Assembly (NCBI GenBank): GCA_946965045.2
Contig: OX337240.1
Coordinates: 2,294,001-2,358,000 of the forward strand
Source of the DNA: Epithemia pelagica
Taxonomy: Eukaryota > Protista > Bacillariophyta
DNA: 64,000 bases
Direction of reading: 5' to 3'
Shown: positions 33,832 through 46,400 of the stretch, in pieces
Position numbering within the stretch: the first letter of the stretch is position 1
Layout: the number at the start of each line of letters is the position of its first letter
Notes under the pieces: model-generated
The model's database searches: none
Seen by the model: the letters and a program-made list of their open reading frames with translations, nothing else
Told to the model about the DNA's origin: nothing
Translations under genes and position numbers: made by a program

Positions 33832-34257
33832 TCATCGAACCGAGTATCGTGTGCGGTCCGCACGTCGTGCCCCTGGTACCTTTTCAATGGGAACCTGGGT
33901 AAACTTGACGGCCACACCCGTAGTGAATTGATGATGATGATGCTCTACCGAATCGACAGAGTAATCCGACCGATGATCGGCTGCACTGCCTCGTTCCCAT
34001 GATTTTGCAGGGTAAAAGCCACTGTTGGAACCAGAGGAGGAGGTGGCGGACAGTCGTAGTCGCCGAGGCTCGTCGGATTCGCATGGAGGGAGTGAAGCAG
34101 TTGTAGTATTGCAGGGAGCTTCGCGAGCTCGTTGCTTCAAACTTTGAGTGGCTTGTTTCAAGGATCGCTTTCGACGACGCTGTGACATTTCGTCCTCGTC
34201 TTGGAGCTTGATGTCTCGCATGGCCGCACGGAGGCACAGATTCGCCCAAAATCCCAT
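33832..34257 (-). CDS. Hypothetical protein
   Basis: Open frame from MGFWANLCL with basic and Ser-rich tracts. Confidence 0.4.
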   Translation of the reverse strand: MGFWANLCLRAAMRDIKLQDEDEMSQRRRKRSLKQATQSLKQRAREAPCNTTTASLPPCESDEPRRLRLSATSSSGSNSGFYPAKSWERGSAADHRSDYSVDSVEHHHHQFTTGVAVKFTQVPIEKVPGARRADRTRYSVR

Positions 34258-34454
34258 GGTCGGACGATGCGAGGAGAGTTGTTCAATCATTTTTATGAGC
34301 AATGGAGGTGCCTTGGGAGTTGAGTCATGAATGAGTTCTTGTCATTGATTGAAAGAGTGAAGCAAACGTGAACGTGCACTTCTTTGTTGTGAGAGACCTC
34401 TCGTTGGCGAGTAAAAAAGGCCGCGAAAAGCGAGACAGCCACACAAACACGCGC

Positions 34455-34517
34455 AAACCCACTTCCTTGCTCCTTGAAACAAACCCCCCACTTCCTTGCT
34501 CCTTGAAGCAAACCCCA
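34455..34517. repeat. ~30-bp tandem duplication
   Basis: caaacc(c)ccacttccttgctccttgaa present twice. Confidence 0.8.
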
Positions 34518-35023
34518 GCGTCATGAGGAGAAAATATGGGTAAAAAGTGATGGATTCGTCCCAGGGAACAGACGCTTGGTAGTTCATGATTGAGATGGCG
34601 TCTATCGCGCATCCACTTTCACACCAGTTGATCAGACACAGAGAGGGAAGATGAGTCCCGGGTCCCCAGAATTACGTTCTCTACAATGTTGTATTCTATT
34701 TTTCTGGACAGTCGTGCTCGTATGCGAATGTCAAGTTTTTTGGTGAAGGCAAAAAGCCCATCCATGACTCATGACACATTAAATAATACGCACCAATGTG
34801 GAAAGTCTATGATGATTTATTTTAAGTCTGCGTTATTCTCGATGTGCTTGCTTCCTATCTCGAAAAGAGCACATATTATGCGTTGCTTTCTTCTGCGTAA
34901 GGAACCCCTTTTCCTTGGGCAGAGAGCTTTATTCGTGCAAGGACTTGATGTCCTTGTTTTCGCTTTAGCGGAATGAGATATTGTCCCTCCTGTCGCGGCT
35001 CGCGGCTTGCCTACGTTTTACCA

Positions 35024-36589
35024 TTACCACATGGACCATGCGGGTCCCCCCTTGGCGCCGGTGAGAAAGGAACGAGGTGAAATGGCAAACAAACTCTCCA
35101 CGACAGCCGTCGCCACTGCGGTCGAAGTTGTCGAAGACGTGTCCATGGTCGTGGTGGTTGAGACGGTGGAGTCACTCCCAATCGTTGTCAAGGAATAGGG
35201 CTGTGGGCCAAACGTTTTGGAACCGATATCGGCATGTTTACCAAATGGGTCTTCTTCGCATCCTTCTTCTTGGTGCGAATGGTCCACATGGACATGGACC
35301 ATGCCAGATCGTGGGCACCAGCCGTGTTGTTGCGCCCAGGATGAGGACGATGGCATGGGCGCGTTGGTAGATGCGGCGAATACCGGTGGAGAAGGTCGAC
35401 CTTTCAAGAGAATGCCACCATTTTGAGAAGAGGAAGAGGTAGTTGTTCTACCATGGTCGCTTGTTTGTTCTGGGCCGTTTGTCAGGGCATATGGATTGGG
35501 ACCTTCCAGAACAATGTGTTTGGTTGGTTCATGGTCGACGGGAGGAGGCAAAATTTCCGCCACCCCATGGTCCCTGCTCGACAATGGAATAGCTGTGGTA
35601 GAAAGCTCCCGACTTTTCGGGTGGTGGTGGTGTGGGTGCAGGAGCAAGGACGGAGGCGGGTGATTGGTTGTTCCCAGGGAGACAGCCATGGCAAATGTAT
35701 GGGAATCCACAGGATCCGTCGGTTGTTGATAGGGAAATGCTGACGAAGTCGATACTGTCGTGATGGATGACGTATCCAATGTCTGTGCATGATACATGGC
35801 AGATGGAGGAATGTACAAGGATGATGATGAGGATGTAGGTACAAGTGTCTTTTCGAAACCACCATTTGGTGCATCGCCTTGTGCTGCAATCGTAGCACTA
35901 CGGTAACCACACGTGTTGGGAATGGTGCCGCCTCCTCCCTTGTAACACGTCTGCTGTAGTGCCGGACCATGATCGTGCGAGGATGGAACACTGTCGTTTC
36001 GAGTCCTTGGAAGCAATGCCGCAACTTCCCGTTTCGTGTGTTGCTGCTGCAAGTGAGGCTGTGGATGAAACCAATGGTTCTCGACAGTTTGTCGCAAAGT
36101 AGGTGCGATTGTTTGCAGTGACCCTTTGGCAGGAATTTGTGTGGTTGTGGTTGTTGTCACTGGTGTTGGCGGTGCAGAGTTGGTCTGGACCGGTTCTCGA
36201 TCTTGTTGTTGTTGTTGTTGTTTTTGTAACACAGTGGGAGGCGGCACCGCAGCAGTATGGATGGAAGAGGAGGTAGTAGTAGATGCTGTAGCCGTGGACG
36301 ACGACAATACCGATGGGTGATTCTTTTTCCGATTCTTGCGTCCTCCTCGACATCCTCGGGGACGATGACTTCGTCGTCGGCGGGCCGCATGCAGACTGTC
36401 ACTGCACGTCGTAGTCGCTCCTGTTGCTGTAGTGCCACACTCGCCTTGTTCCTGGATGGTGGTTGGTGGGGATTTTCCCATTTGGCGAGGAGCCACGACG
36501 ACGCCATCGCAATCTTCTGGACCGCTCCAGGAGGAGGAGGACGATGATGATGAGAGCGACATGGTATCCTTGGTTAGGACGACAACCAT
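35024..36589 (-). CDS. Intrinsically disordered hypothetical protein
   Basis: 521-aa S/T/Q-rich ORF with short motifs RGCRGGRKNRKK and SLFAISPRSFLTG. Confidence 0.6.
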   Translation of the reverse strand: MVVVLTKDTMSLSSSSSSSSWSGPEDCDGVVVAPRQMGKSPPTTIQEQGECGTTATGATTTCSDSLHAARRRRSHRPRGCRGGRKNRKKNHPSVLSSSTATASTTTSSSIHTAAVPPPTVLQKQQQQQQDREPVQTNSAPPTPVTTTTTTQIPAKGSLQTIAPTLRQTVENHWFHPQPHLQQQHTKREVAALLPRTRNDSVPSSHDHGPALQQTCYKGGGGTIPNTCGYRSATIAAQGDAPNGGFEKTLVPTSSSSSLYIPPSAMYHAQTLDTSSITTVSTSSAFPYQQPTDPVDSHTFAMAVSLGTTNHPPPSLLLHPHHHHPKSRELSTTAIPLSSRDHGVAEILPPPVDHEPTKHIVLEGPNPYALTNGPEQTSDHGRTTTSSSSQNGGILLKGRPSPPVFAASTNAPMPSSSSWAQQHGWCPRSGMVHVHVDHSHQEEGCEEDPFGKHADIGSKTFGPQPYSLTTIGSDSTVSTTTTMDTSSTTSTAVATAVVESLFAISPRSFLTGAKGGPAWSMW

Positions 36590-37569
36590 GCTGCTGCTGC
36601 TTTCTTGGATAATGATGATAATCTATGAGAGACCAATCACACGCGACAACAGTCTTCTTTCCAACCTTGATCTCCGTCGTTCCACAACAGACCCACACGG
36701 CACAACAGCACCTCCAATCTCCTTCTCCCCGTTGGTCTCCTCGTGTCTTGGATGGATCAGCATGTACTGTGGTTGTTCGGCTTGCTAGAATACAACCGAA
36801 CCAAAAATGAAGTAAGAAAGACCCAATCAATGAACACTGGAGATGATGAGGATGATGGTGAGTAACAACAAACCAAACAAGATGGATGTCAATTCTCAGA
36901 CCATCGATTAAATATAATGAAATATCATGGATTCTCGCTAAGGACGCTCCCCATCATATTACGGCATCATTCGGAACACGAGACGTCGCAGTCAGTGTCG
37001 ACTCGCCTTTTTTCTGCGACGGGTTCAAATTTTAAAGTTTACGATTTCGATTATATAGACCGCATGTCCGACACGACTTGGGATAGATGAAAATTGCATG
37101 CCGATTTCAATTACTTAGAACCCGAACGGCGATGCGATGGAAATTGCACGCCTGTTTATCGTTTTAAAAGCCTGTCCGTCTATCGATGGGCTTGCAGCAG
37201 ATTCCAGGCCAAGACAAGCGATGCCCGAATTCGTTCCGAGATCAAAATTCAAACTCCTCTCGGTGCGATATGGAAAAATCCCCAGGAGTTTTGCTTTTTT
37301 TCGATCCGAAGTCTGAAAAATCAATCAGAAACAGGAAAAATGGCGGATCATGGTACTCCCTGGAGATTCTTATGATATGGAATCGAAACTAAAAGATCTT
37401 CAGAAGCCCAGGAACATCACCAACCGTCAGGGAGTCATTCAATTCGTCCTGTGGACGCTTCCCTTTTGGTGATTTGCCATTCAACAACGATCTTCTCGCC
37501 TGGTGACTGTTTGGTTGTCTTTCTTGTTGTTTCTTGCCAGACCCTGTGTAAAGTATAAGATATAGGACC

Positions 37570-39846
37570 ATGAACAACACTACGACGGGCTTGGCCGGGA
37601 AGAAACGCAAGGCTCCACCGGCTCCTGCCAACTCGACCAAAACAACCACCACCACAACACCAACGACGGGCGTCGATACCGTCTTGACGCTTCGGGGTCG
37701 TCCCTTGGCCGTGGGGGAATCGCTGCGCTTTGTCTTGGTCAAGGGTCCATCGGCGACACGTGTGGGAACGGGAGATCCCGTCGATAGTACATCGCCCTTG
37801 GAAAAATTTCCCTTGATTGCCAAATTTGGAGAATCGGTGGTGCGTCCGCACTTTACCCGCAACCCCTGGCAATCGGCACGCTTGTATCAACAGGAAATTC
37901 CCAAACCCATCGACGATTCCGACGACGACAATGACAAGGAGGAGGAAACGGCGGATCATTTGTCGTCGATCAATCGACCGCGCAAAAAGCGATGGCGCTA
38001 TGGCGCCGAAGGCACGGCACCCCGTCAATGGATTTTGCAAGAAAATGTCGATTTTTTACAAACCATGGTCGATCGCAAAGAACAACAACAACAACAATCC
38101 TCCAACAGTGACAATCTGCATGGCGATTCTACTAATGCAGCAGCGTCGTCGTCTTCCACATTGTCGAGTCGGTACGAGGGCATTCCCGAACACAATTCCA
38201 GTTTGTATGCCTTGATTCGAGTGGCCAAATCACCACCACAATCACAATTACCCGACAACGAGGAGGAGGAGACTCTACAGGTTTGTTTGTTGCCTCAAGA
38301 TCGAAATTGTACCATTCCCTTTTCCCAACCCGCCGCCCGCAAAACGTATAGTTTGACCGAAGCCGAACATGTCATTAGTGATCAACGCATGGGATTGGTC
38401 CAAAATTTGCATCACATGGGCAATCCGGGAAGAACGACCGACACGATGATGATGAGTGGCGCCACTACTGGGAGTACGACTGCAAAACATGACAGTGACG
38501 CGGCCGGAGACACGGGTGGCAGCAATCCCCCCGAGTCCCTGCCACCACCCCCACCGCGTCCCAATATTTTGGCCTTGCGCAAAAAGGCGGCACATTCCAG
38601 TAAGGGACGCTTACTGAATCGATTGCAAGCCAAATCCAAAACCAATGAGGAGGAAGAAGATGGAGATGATGTCATGGCCGATGTCACCTTCAAACATCGC
38701 AAGGGTTCCGGTGGTGGTGCGCGGAAGGAATTGTTACAATCCATGCAAGAAGGTGTCACCGTCTCGGAAGAAGGGGTACTGGGGGGAACCAATGATGTCA
38801 TGTTTGGAGGACGACAACGGTTTGCGCAGTTGGTTGTTCCCAGTGGTGGAACCGACGGAGCAGGCGGAGGCAATCGACGAGATGGTGGAGAGGGCGACGG
38901 AAGTGGTGGGCCGGATGGAGCCGACGGTGGCGATGGTCGATTGAATACGGAATTGGGTGGGGCCAATGATGAAAAGGGGGAACGAGGGGCCGATGGAGCC
39001 GCCATGGACGATGATTTTTATCAACGAGACGTCCAAGCTGAATACGAAGAATTGGACTACGATGCCAAGGAACAGTTTGACGATGACGATGTCGATTTGG
39101 GTGAGGGAGAAGTCATGGATACGGGCAATGGCATGGATGGAGCCGATGACTTGGACGACGAATTGGATGACGAGGACGAGGACAATGACGAGGATGACGG
39201 CAATAAGGGAGCTGAAGGATTGGCTTCCTTGGCAGGGTTTCAAGCCCTTTTGGCCAAGGCGCGGGGAGAAGTACCTGCCAATGCCGATGGAGGAGGAGAA
39301 GATGGAACAGGAGGCGATGCCAATGGTACCTCGCCCGATTCCTCCAATCTACCGTCCACCAATGCCAAGAAACAATCTTCTTACCTCTATCAACCAAAAA
39401 AGAAGAAAACATTGGATCACATGTCCAAAATCATGTTGGCTGCCGAAAAGTCACGATTGGATGCGGAAGCGGCCCAACATCATGGTAGCAACAACACCCA
39501 AGCCAATACGGAATCGTTGTCCGAGTCTCCTGCTGTCGCACCAGCAGCCACCCTTCCTCCACCTCCCGTGGCTCCTACGACTGCTACCACAACCACGACA
39601 ACAACCGAACGAGATGCCAATGGATTACGCATCATTTCCAAGGTTGCCGTGCAACAAGAAATTTGGTTGAATCACGGATCCATTCCCATGAAACGATTGA
39701 TGAAAATTTTTGATGTCAAAAAGAAATCGCCGCAAGAACGACAAGATCAATTCCGAGACATTGTCAAGGAATTGTGTATCATGAAATCGGATCCCATTAA
39801 TGGCCGTATGCTGGTGTTGAAACAACATTATGCTAGAGGATCGTAA
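37570..39846 (+). CDS. Transcription factor IIF large subunit (RAP74/Tfg1-like)
   Basis: FSQPAARKTYSLTEAE, acidic EELDYDAKEQFDDDD, and a C-terminal winged-helix-like IWLNHGSIPMKRLMKIF...FRDIVKELC...LVLK. Confidence 0.7.
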   Translation: MNNTTTGLAGKKRKAPPAPANSTKTTTTTTPTTGVDTVLTLRGRPLAVGESLRFVLVKGPSATRVGTGDPVDSTSPLEKFPLIAKFGESVVRPHFTRNPWQSARLYQQEIPKPIDDSDDDNDKEEETADHLSSINRPRKKRWRYGAEGTAPRQWILQENVDFLQTMVDRKEQQQQQSSNSDNLHGDSTNAAASSSSTLSSRYEGIPEHNSSLYALIRVAKSPPQSQLPDNEEEETLQVCLLPQDRNCTIPFSQPAARKTYSLTEAEHVISDQRMGLVQNLHHMGNPGRTTDTMMMSGATTGSTTAKHDSDAAGDTGGSNPPESLPPPPPRPNILALRKKAAHSSKGRLLNRLQAKSKTNEEEEDGDDVMADVTFKHRKGSGGGARKELLQSMQEGVTVSEEGVLGGTNDVMFGGRQRFAQLVVPSGGTDGAGGGNRRDGGEGDGSGGPDGADGGDGRLNTELGGANDEKGERGADGAAMDDDFYQRDVQAEYEELDYDAKEQFDDDDVDLGEGEVMDTGNGMDGADDLDDELDDEDEDNDEDDGNKGAEGLASLAGFQALLAKARGEVPANADGGGEDGTGGDANGTSPDSSNLPSTNAKKQSSYLYQPKKKKTLDHMSKIMLAAEKSRLDAEAAQHHGSNNTQANTESLSESPAVAPAATLPPPPVAPTTATTTTTTTERDANGLRIISKVAVQQEIWLNHGSIPMKRLMKIFDVKKKSPQERQDQFRDIVKELCIMKSDPINGRMLVLKQHYARGS

Positions 39847-40239
39847 ATGCCAGTATACGAACGTTGGCCGCTCATGATTATTGCAGAGCGGCAATGGAAT
39901 GAACGCCAGCAAACTATAGACCGTTTCATAGCGCTATCCTACTCCTATCATTCATTTCATTGTTGCAGGAAATATTGGTCTTGTGACTACGCGTTTCTCG
40001 AAACAGATGGAATCTAGCTCTGCTCTGTAACCTTTTTTGGAGCATTGATGATGTCGTTGCGTTCCAGTTTTGAGGATGGAACCAAGAGCTTGAGGTAGTC
40101 ATTATGCTTGTATCCTTCCACTGAGACTGGGACGATCGTAGTAGGTAAAACTCGAGACTCAAACCAAGGTCCTTCTCGCACGGATGGATGAGTGCAATCC
40201 AGAGTAGCCTGACCAATCGCATACACACAAAAAACATTG

Positions 40240-42570
40240 TCACCGTTCACCGCGCCGCACTCCATCCACATGGTTCCATGGCAAAATGCTTCTCCACAAC
40301 AACTCCACCAAAGGCAGGTCAGGATCAATGACTCCCGTCGGTGGCCCCAAAAACCGCGGCTGCGGCGGCGGTACTCTCTGTCCCGGAACAAGACCCGGAG
40401 GAATTGGACCACCACCCTGTTGTTGTTGTTGCTGCTGCTGTTGCATACGGCGCAAGAGTCGTGGACGTCGATGCGGTTCCACCACCATGGCTTGAGCGAC
40501 CAATCCAGGATCCAACACATTGGCTTCGGGAGGGAGTTGTGCAATTTGAGTGTCCCACATGGAGGAATTGAAATCCACATAACGGGCCATTGGCAAGGGC
40601 AGTGGAGGGACGGTGGTATCCTTGTCAGAATTCATCGTAAGAGGCTCATGATGATGGGTGACTTGGACACTGCAATCGTACAAGAGTTGCTGCACGGCAG
40701 TGTCTCCCCAGAGTTGGGCACTGAGCTGGACGTAGCAGCGAATGACTTTGTCACTGGCTTGGACGGCTGGTCCCATCCAGAGCGATTCTTCATGACTCAA
40801 CCAATGATTTTGCAATTGAGCGTGTCGTGTCGCAAGTTGGTCCAAGACGGGCATCCAATCCCGTCGACAGGATCGACCGGTGACATCCACGTTTCCGGCT
40901 TCCAACAACAAGCCCACAACAGACGGAAAGGTGGCAATGGCACGGCACAAGGCATGCCGCGTCGCGGCAGTGTCATCGTCGTCATCGTCGCTGCCCCGAA
41001 TGTGAAAGAGAGCCAGTGCATAGGAAAAGGCCCAATTGGGCAACTCCACCAAGTCGCACGACACAAAATCATGATCCTGGTTGTTGTGGTCGTCCTCGGT
41101 TTGTCGGAGTAGAATGGAAATGGCCTTGCCTTCCACCATGTCTAGAATCCACTGATGGGCCGATTCGGAACGACACGAGAGGGCAAAACTGTCCACCACG
41201 GCCAACAGGTGGTAGGGATCTCGGAGGGGATCCAGGGCCAGTAGATATTGGGACAGAGCCCAACTCGAGGTCCACAAATTCGCCCGGCGACTGACTTGAA
41301 TCAAACGATACAAGCTCTCAAAATAACCACGATTGGTGTCCACCGTCCAATCCATGAATCGGCAACTGGAGGAGGAAGAAAATCGGACCAAACTGGCACA
41401 TTCGTAGACCCACAAACATCGTTTCAAAAAATGCAAGGCTTGATCGTTTTGATTGACTTGCTGAAACAAGGTGGCCAATTGCAAGAGGGCTGGAGTCACA
41501 AAGGGATGATGAATGACAAACAACAAGAGTGCATTGGGATCTCCTGTGTTTTGAATTGTGTGGTAATCCTCCACTTCTTGGTCCAAACTATCGGCTTGGA
41601 CAAAGACATACCAATCACTGGGGCTGCTATTCCAACCCACGGAGGTGGTATTGTAGGGCCATGGAACCGACCATGGCTCCATGGTCGTGGCACTCCTGCG
41701 GGTGCTGCTGCCGCTACTGCTCGTCGGAGCATGGGGATTGGCATGATTGTAGGTGGTCATTCCCATACCACCACCTACCAAACTGGGTGGTTTCACTTGT
41801 CGATTCGGTGGCGCACCAAACAAAAAGGACGCGGAGGATCGACTCGTGTTGATGTTGTTGTTGTGGTTGCTACTGCCGGATGGATGGCGTCGATTCTCTC
41901 CTCCACCACCGGCCAAGGCATGACGCCGACTCCACTCCAAATTCAAGGCCCGAATCTCCATGTGTTGCGTAATGACACTTGTTCTCGCCATGGCTGCGGC
42001 TCTGGTTGTTGTCTCTGCGTCGCTCGGGGACACTGCCTCGTTGCCTTGCTTTGGAATCGCGGATTCCTCGTCTTTTTGTCGAAATTCATCTAGCAGTCTA
42101 TCCAAATCTTCTTCTTCTTCTTCTTTCAGATCGGCTTGCTCCTCCTCCTTCTGATTCGATTGCGATACAGGAGGAACTCGGGTGATGATATGTGGATTGT
42201 TACTTTCATGTTCCAAAGGAGGAGGAGAAGGAGAAGGTGAGGATGAGGATGGACCAACCGTGTCTCGTGGTTCCTCCTTGGTGGTCCCCTTTTTCTCATC
42301 CGAATCGACTCCACTTGAACTAGTAGTCGTTGGTGCATTCTCGGATGCTTCCTCTTCACTGCTAGTTTCGTCCTCATCGTCACTGGAAAAATCCACAAAG
42401 GCCGATCGTCGATTCGTGGTATCGTCTTCGTAGTGGTTGTCGTCTTGCTCCTCCTCGGTGCTTTCCTCCTCCTTCTCGTTGTCGTCGTTGTCGTCCTTTC
42501 CTGGCCGCAGTCCGGCGAGTTCCTGCAAGGCATGGTCACCCCGAAGTTTGCGCATACTTCGAGCACTCAT
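40240..42570 (-). CDS. TCF25: TCF25/Rqc1 ribosome quality-control protein
   Basis: MSARSMRKLRG start, acidic tract, DPNALLLFVIHHPFVTPALLQLA, FLKRCLWVYE, NRGYFESL and LLALDPLRDP. Confidence 0.8.
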   Translation of the reverse strand: MSARSMRKLRGDHALQELAGLRPGKDDNDDNEKEEESTEEEQDDNHYEDDTTNRRSAFVDFSSDDEDETSSEEEASENAPTTTSSSGVDSDEKKGTTKEEPRDTVGPSSSSPSPSPPPLEHESNNPHIITRVPPVSQSNQKEEEQADLKEEEEEDLDRLLDEFRQKDEESAIPKQGNEAVSPSDAETTTRAAAMARTSVITQHMEIRALNLEWSRRHALAGGGGENRRHPSGSSNHNNNINTSRSSASFLFGAPPNRQVKPPSLVGGGMGMTTYNHANPHAPTSSSGSSTRRSATTMEPWSVPWPYNTTSVGWNSSPSDWYVFVQADSLDQEVEDYHTIQNTGDPNALLLFVIHHPFVTPALLQLATLFQQVNQNDQALHFLKRCLWVYECASLVRFSSSSSCRFMDWTVDTNRGYFESLYRLIQVSRRANLWTSSWALSQYLLALDPLRDPYHLLAVVDSFALSCRSESAHQWILDMVEGKAISILLRQTEDDHNNQDHDFVSCDLVELPNWAFSYALALFHIRGSDDDDDDTAATRHALCRAIATFPSVVGLLLEAGNVDVTGRSCRRDWMPVLDQLATRHAQLQNHWLSHEESLWMGPAVQASDKVIRCYVQLSAQLWGDTAVQQLLYDCSVQVTHHHEPLTMNSDKDTTVPPLPLPMARYVDFNSSMWDTQIAQLPPEANVLDPGLVAQAMVVEPHRRPRLLRRMQQQQQQQQQGGGPIPPGLVPGQRVPPPQPRFLGPPTGVIDPDLPLVELLWRSILPWNHVDGVRRGER

Positions 42571-43463
42571 GATGTGTCGTGTTGTCGTGTGGTTGGGTTG
42601 GTTTGGTGTGGTTGGTCGTGAGGCAATCGCTGCTGGTGTTCTTCTGGATGAAATGTTGCGCGGTTCTGGAATTGCTGGTGGAGATTCGGTGTTTGATGTT
42701 GGGCGGAGCGGAGGTCTCGACCATTGTCGACCTCTCCCCCCCAAACGTACTTTCGAATGTAGAGTCGCATTGGAGTCGCTTGAAAGAAATTTTTCATCCT
42801 CGATGGGCATTCCCGCGCCACACTTCCATAGAATACGCGGCAGCAGTGTATGTCAGGGAAAAGGAGATGATTCTTCATGTAGTATCGGCTTCTACTGCTC
42901 CTTGCTTTATCCAATTCTGGAGGATGCGACCCGGAACGTGAGTCAGGATCATTGAGAACCGCGGCATTCCTCCATCGGCTGAAATAAATACAATGGAGTG
43001 AGAGAGGATGAGAGAGTGTGATGGTTTCGTTCGAGTCGCACGCCAATTCAGCTCAAAAGAAGGAGGATGGACACCACTAAAGGTTTTCGACCAAAGCTTT
43101 ATCGGATGGTGGAAGCACTCAAGGATCCGAATCTATCGAGTTGCGCTGCTCCCTAGTACTGCATGTTCCCACCAAGCATATGCGGCATTTGGACGATGCG
43201 CGACTCTCTCTCTCTCTTGATCGTTCGTCTTGGCTTATTACCCAAAACAAACGGAGCTCGGATATGTATCTCCGGGGGAAGCACGGAGCTTTGCAATCGC
43301 TGAGGGAAAGTCGAATGACAATGGTAGCAATCACGAGCGACACTTGGCTATCAAGATATGTACTGCAGACTGGATTCTATAGGCTTTTTCTCTGTATTTC
43401 TAAGGCTGTTTGCTCTCATTTTCATCTTATATCGTTTGCTACAATTGTTCGTTACATTCTGCC

Positions 43464-46400
43464 TCACGAAAACGCAAAGTTGTTTGGATGGACTGGTGCT
43501 TCATCCCACTCTGCGCTGGGGCGGACTCTTCTCGTTAATAGCTTCCGCAAGGACTTGTCGCCTTTGCCTGACGACTTACCATAGTATTCATAATGATAAT
43601 ACGATTTGCCTGAGTTGTTCTCCTTAGTTGATTTGCGCTTGGTTGATTTGTCTTTGACAGACTTTTTCTTCTTGCCAGACTCCTTCTTTCCTGCTTTGTG
43701 GCTCTTTTCAGGGACGCAGTGTAGGCTTGGAAGTTGGTTTCGGCGTTGGCAAGGGGATCGAATGGGGAACGTTAGTTGGTTACGGTGATGGCTTGGGCGT
43801 TGGTTTGGGCGTCGATTCGGAAACCGAAGCTGGTTTCGGCGTTGGTTTGGGGGTCGACTGAGGAACGTATGTTGGTTTGGGCGTTGGATTGGGGGTCGAC
43901 TGAGGAACTGGAGTTGGTTTCCGCGTTGGCTTGGGCGTTGGTTGGGGGGTCGACTGAGGAACCGTAGTTGGTTTACGCGTTGGCTTCGGGGTTGAGTGAG
44001 GAGCAAAAGTTGGTTTGGGCGTGGGCTTGGGCGTTGGATTGCGGGTCGACTGAGGAACGGTAGTTGGTTTCCGCGTTGGCTGGGGGGTCGACTGAGGAAC
44101 CGTAGTTGGTTTCCGCGTTGGCTTCGGGGTTGATTGGGGAGCGGAAGTTGGTTTGGGCGTGGGCTTGGGCGTTGGTCCAGGCGTGGGCTTGGGCGTTGGA
44201 TTGCGGGTCGACTGAGGAACGGTAGTTGGTTTCTGCGTTGGCTGGGGGGTCGACTGAGGAACCGTAGTTGGCTTCCGCGTTGGCATCCGAGTTGATTGGG
44301 GAGCGGAGGTTGGTTTAGGCGTGGGCTTCTGAGTTGGATTGGGGGTCGACTGAGGAACAGAAGTCGGAGGCTTGGTCGGAGCGAAAGTGGGGGCTTTGGT
44401 CATCTTCAATGTAGGAGCTTTCGATGATTTTGGTGTCGGAGACTTTGTAGATTTTGGTTTGGGGGTCTTCGTAGGCGCCGGAGCAGGAGCTTGCGTCGGC
44501 GTGACTATGGGGGTTGTGGATGGTGTCGTTCCGGTTGGTGTTGCAGTCGGCGTTTCGGTTGGTGTTGCAGTTGGCGTTACGGTTGGTGTTGCAGTCGGCG
44601 TTACGGTTGGTGTCGCAGTCGGCGTTGCGGTTGGTGTCGCAGTCGGCGTTCCGGGTGGTGTGGCGACGGGAGTTTCGGTTGGTGTCGTAGTCGGAGTTTC
44701 GGTTGGTGTCGCAGTGGGCGTTTCGGTTGGTGTCGCAGTCGGAGTTCCGGTTGGTGTTGCTGTAGGAGTTCCGCTTGGTATTGTCGTAGGAGTAACGTTT
44801 GGTGTTGCCGTGGGAGTTACGTTTGGTGATGCAGTAGGACTTCCGGTGGGTGTTGCCGTAGGAGTTCCAGTTGGTGTGGCCGTTGGTGTTGACGTAGGAG
44901 TTCCGGTTGGTGTTGACGTAGGAGTTCCAGTTGGCGTTGCCGTGGGAGTTCCGGTTGGTGTTGCCGTTGGAGTTCCGGTGGGTGTTGCCGTAGGAGTAAC
45001 GTTTGGTGTTGCAGTAGGAGTATCGTTTGGTGTTGACGTGGGAGTTACGTTTGGTGATGCAGTAGGAATGGTGTTGCCGTAGGAGTTCCAGTTGGTGTTG
45101 CCGTTGGTGTTCCAGTTGGTGTTGCCGTGGGAGTTCCGGTTGGTGTAGCCGTTGGAGTTCCGGTTTGTGTTGCCGTTGGTGTTGACGTAGGAGTTCCGGT
45201 TGGTGTTGCCGTGGGAGTTCCCGTTGGAGTTGCCGTAGGAGTTCCGGTTGGAGTTGCCGTGGGAGTATCGGTTGGTGTTGCCGTGGGAGTTCCGGTGGGT
45301 GTTGCCGTAGGAGTAACGTTTGGTGTTGCAGTAGGAGTATCGTTTGGTGTTGCCGTGGGAGTTACGTTTGGTGATGCAGTAGGAGTTCCGATGGGTGTTG
45401 CCGTAGGAGTTCCAGTTGGTGTGGCCGTTGGTGTTCCAGTTGGTGTTGCCGTTGGAGTTCCTGTTGGTGTGGCCGTTGGAGTTCCGGTTGGTGTGGCCGT
45501 TGGTGTTGACGTAGGAGTTCAAGTTGGTGTTGCCGTGGGAGTTCCGGTTGGTGTAGCCGTTGGAGTTCCGGTGGGTGTTGCCGTAGGAGTAACGTTTGGT
45601 GTTGTAGTAGGAGTATCGTTTGGTGTTGCCGTGGGAGTTACGTTTGCTGATGTCGTAGGAGTTCCGGTGGGTGTTGCCGTAGGAGTTCCAGTTGGTGTGG
45701 CCGTTGGTGTTGACGTAGGAGTTCCAGTTGGTGTTGCCGTGGGAGTTCCGGTTGGTGAAGCCGTTGGAGTTCCGGTGGGTGTTGCCGTTGAAGTTCCAGT
45801 TGGTGTGGCCGTTGGTGTTGACGTAGGAGTTCCGGTTGGTGTTGCCGTGGGAGTTCCGGTTGGAGTTGCCGTAGGAGTATCGGTAGGTGTTGCCGTAGGA
45901 GTTCCAGTTGGTGTGGCCGTTGGTGTTGCCGTGGGAGTTCCAGTTGGTGTGGCCGTAGGAGTTCCGGTTGGAGTTGCCGTGGGAGTATCGGTTGGTGTTG
46001 CCGTAGGAGTTCCAGTTGGTGTGGCCGTTGGTGTTGCCGTGGGAGTTCCAGTTGGTGTTGACGTAGGAGTTCCGGTTGGTGTTGCCGTGGGAGTTCCGGT
46101 TGGAGTTGCCGTAGGAGTTCCGGTTGGAGTTGCCGTGGGAGTATCGGTTGGTGTTGCCGTAGGAGTTCCAGTTGGTGTGGCCGTTGGTGTTGCCGTGGGA
46201 GTTCCAGTTGGTGTTGACGTAGGAGTTCCGGTTGGTGTTGCCGTGGGAGTTCCGGTTGGAGTTCCAGTCGGCGTTGCGGTTGGTGTCGCAGTCTGCGTTG
46301 CGATTGGTGTTGCAGTCGGCGTTTCGGTTGGTGTTTCGGTTGGTGTCGCAGTTGGCGTTTCGGTTGGTGTTGCAGTCGGCGTTTCGGTTGGTGTCTCAGT

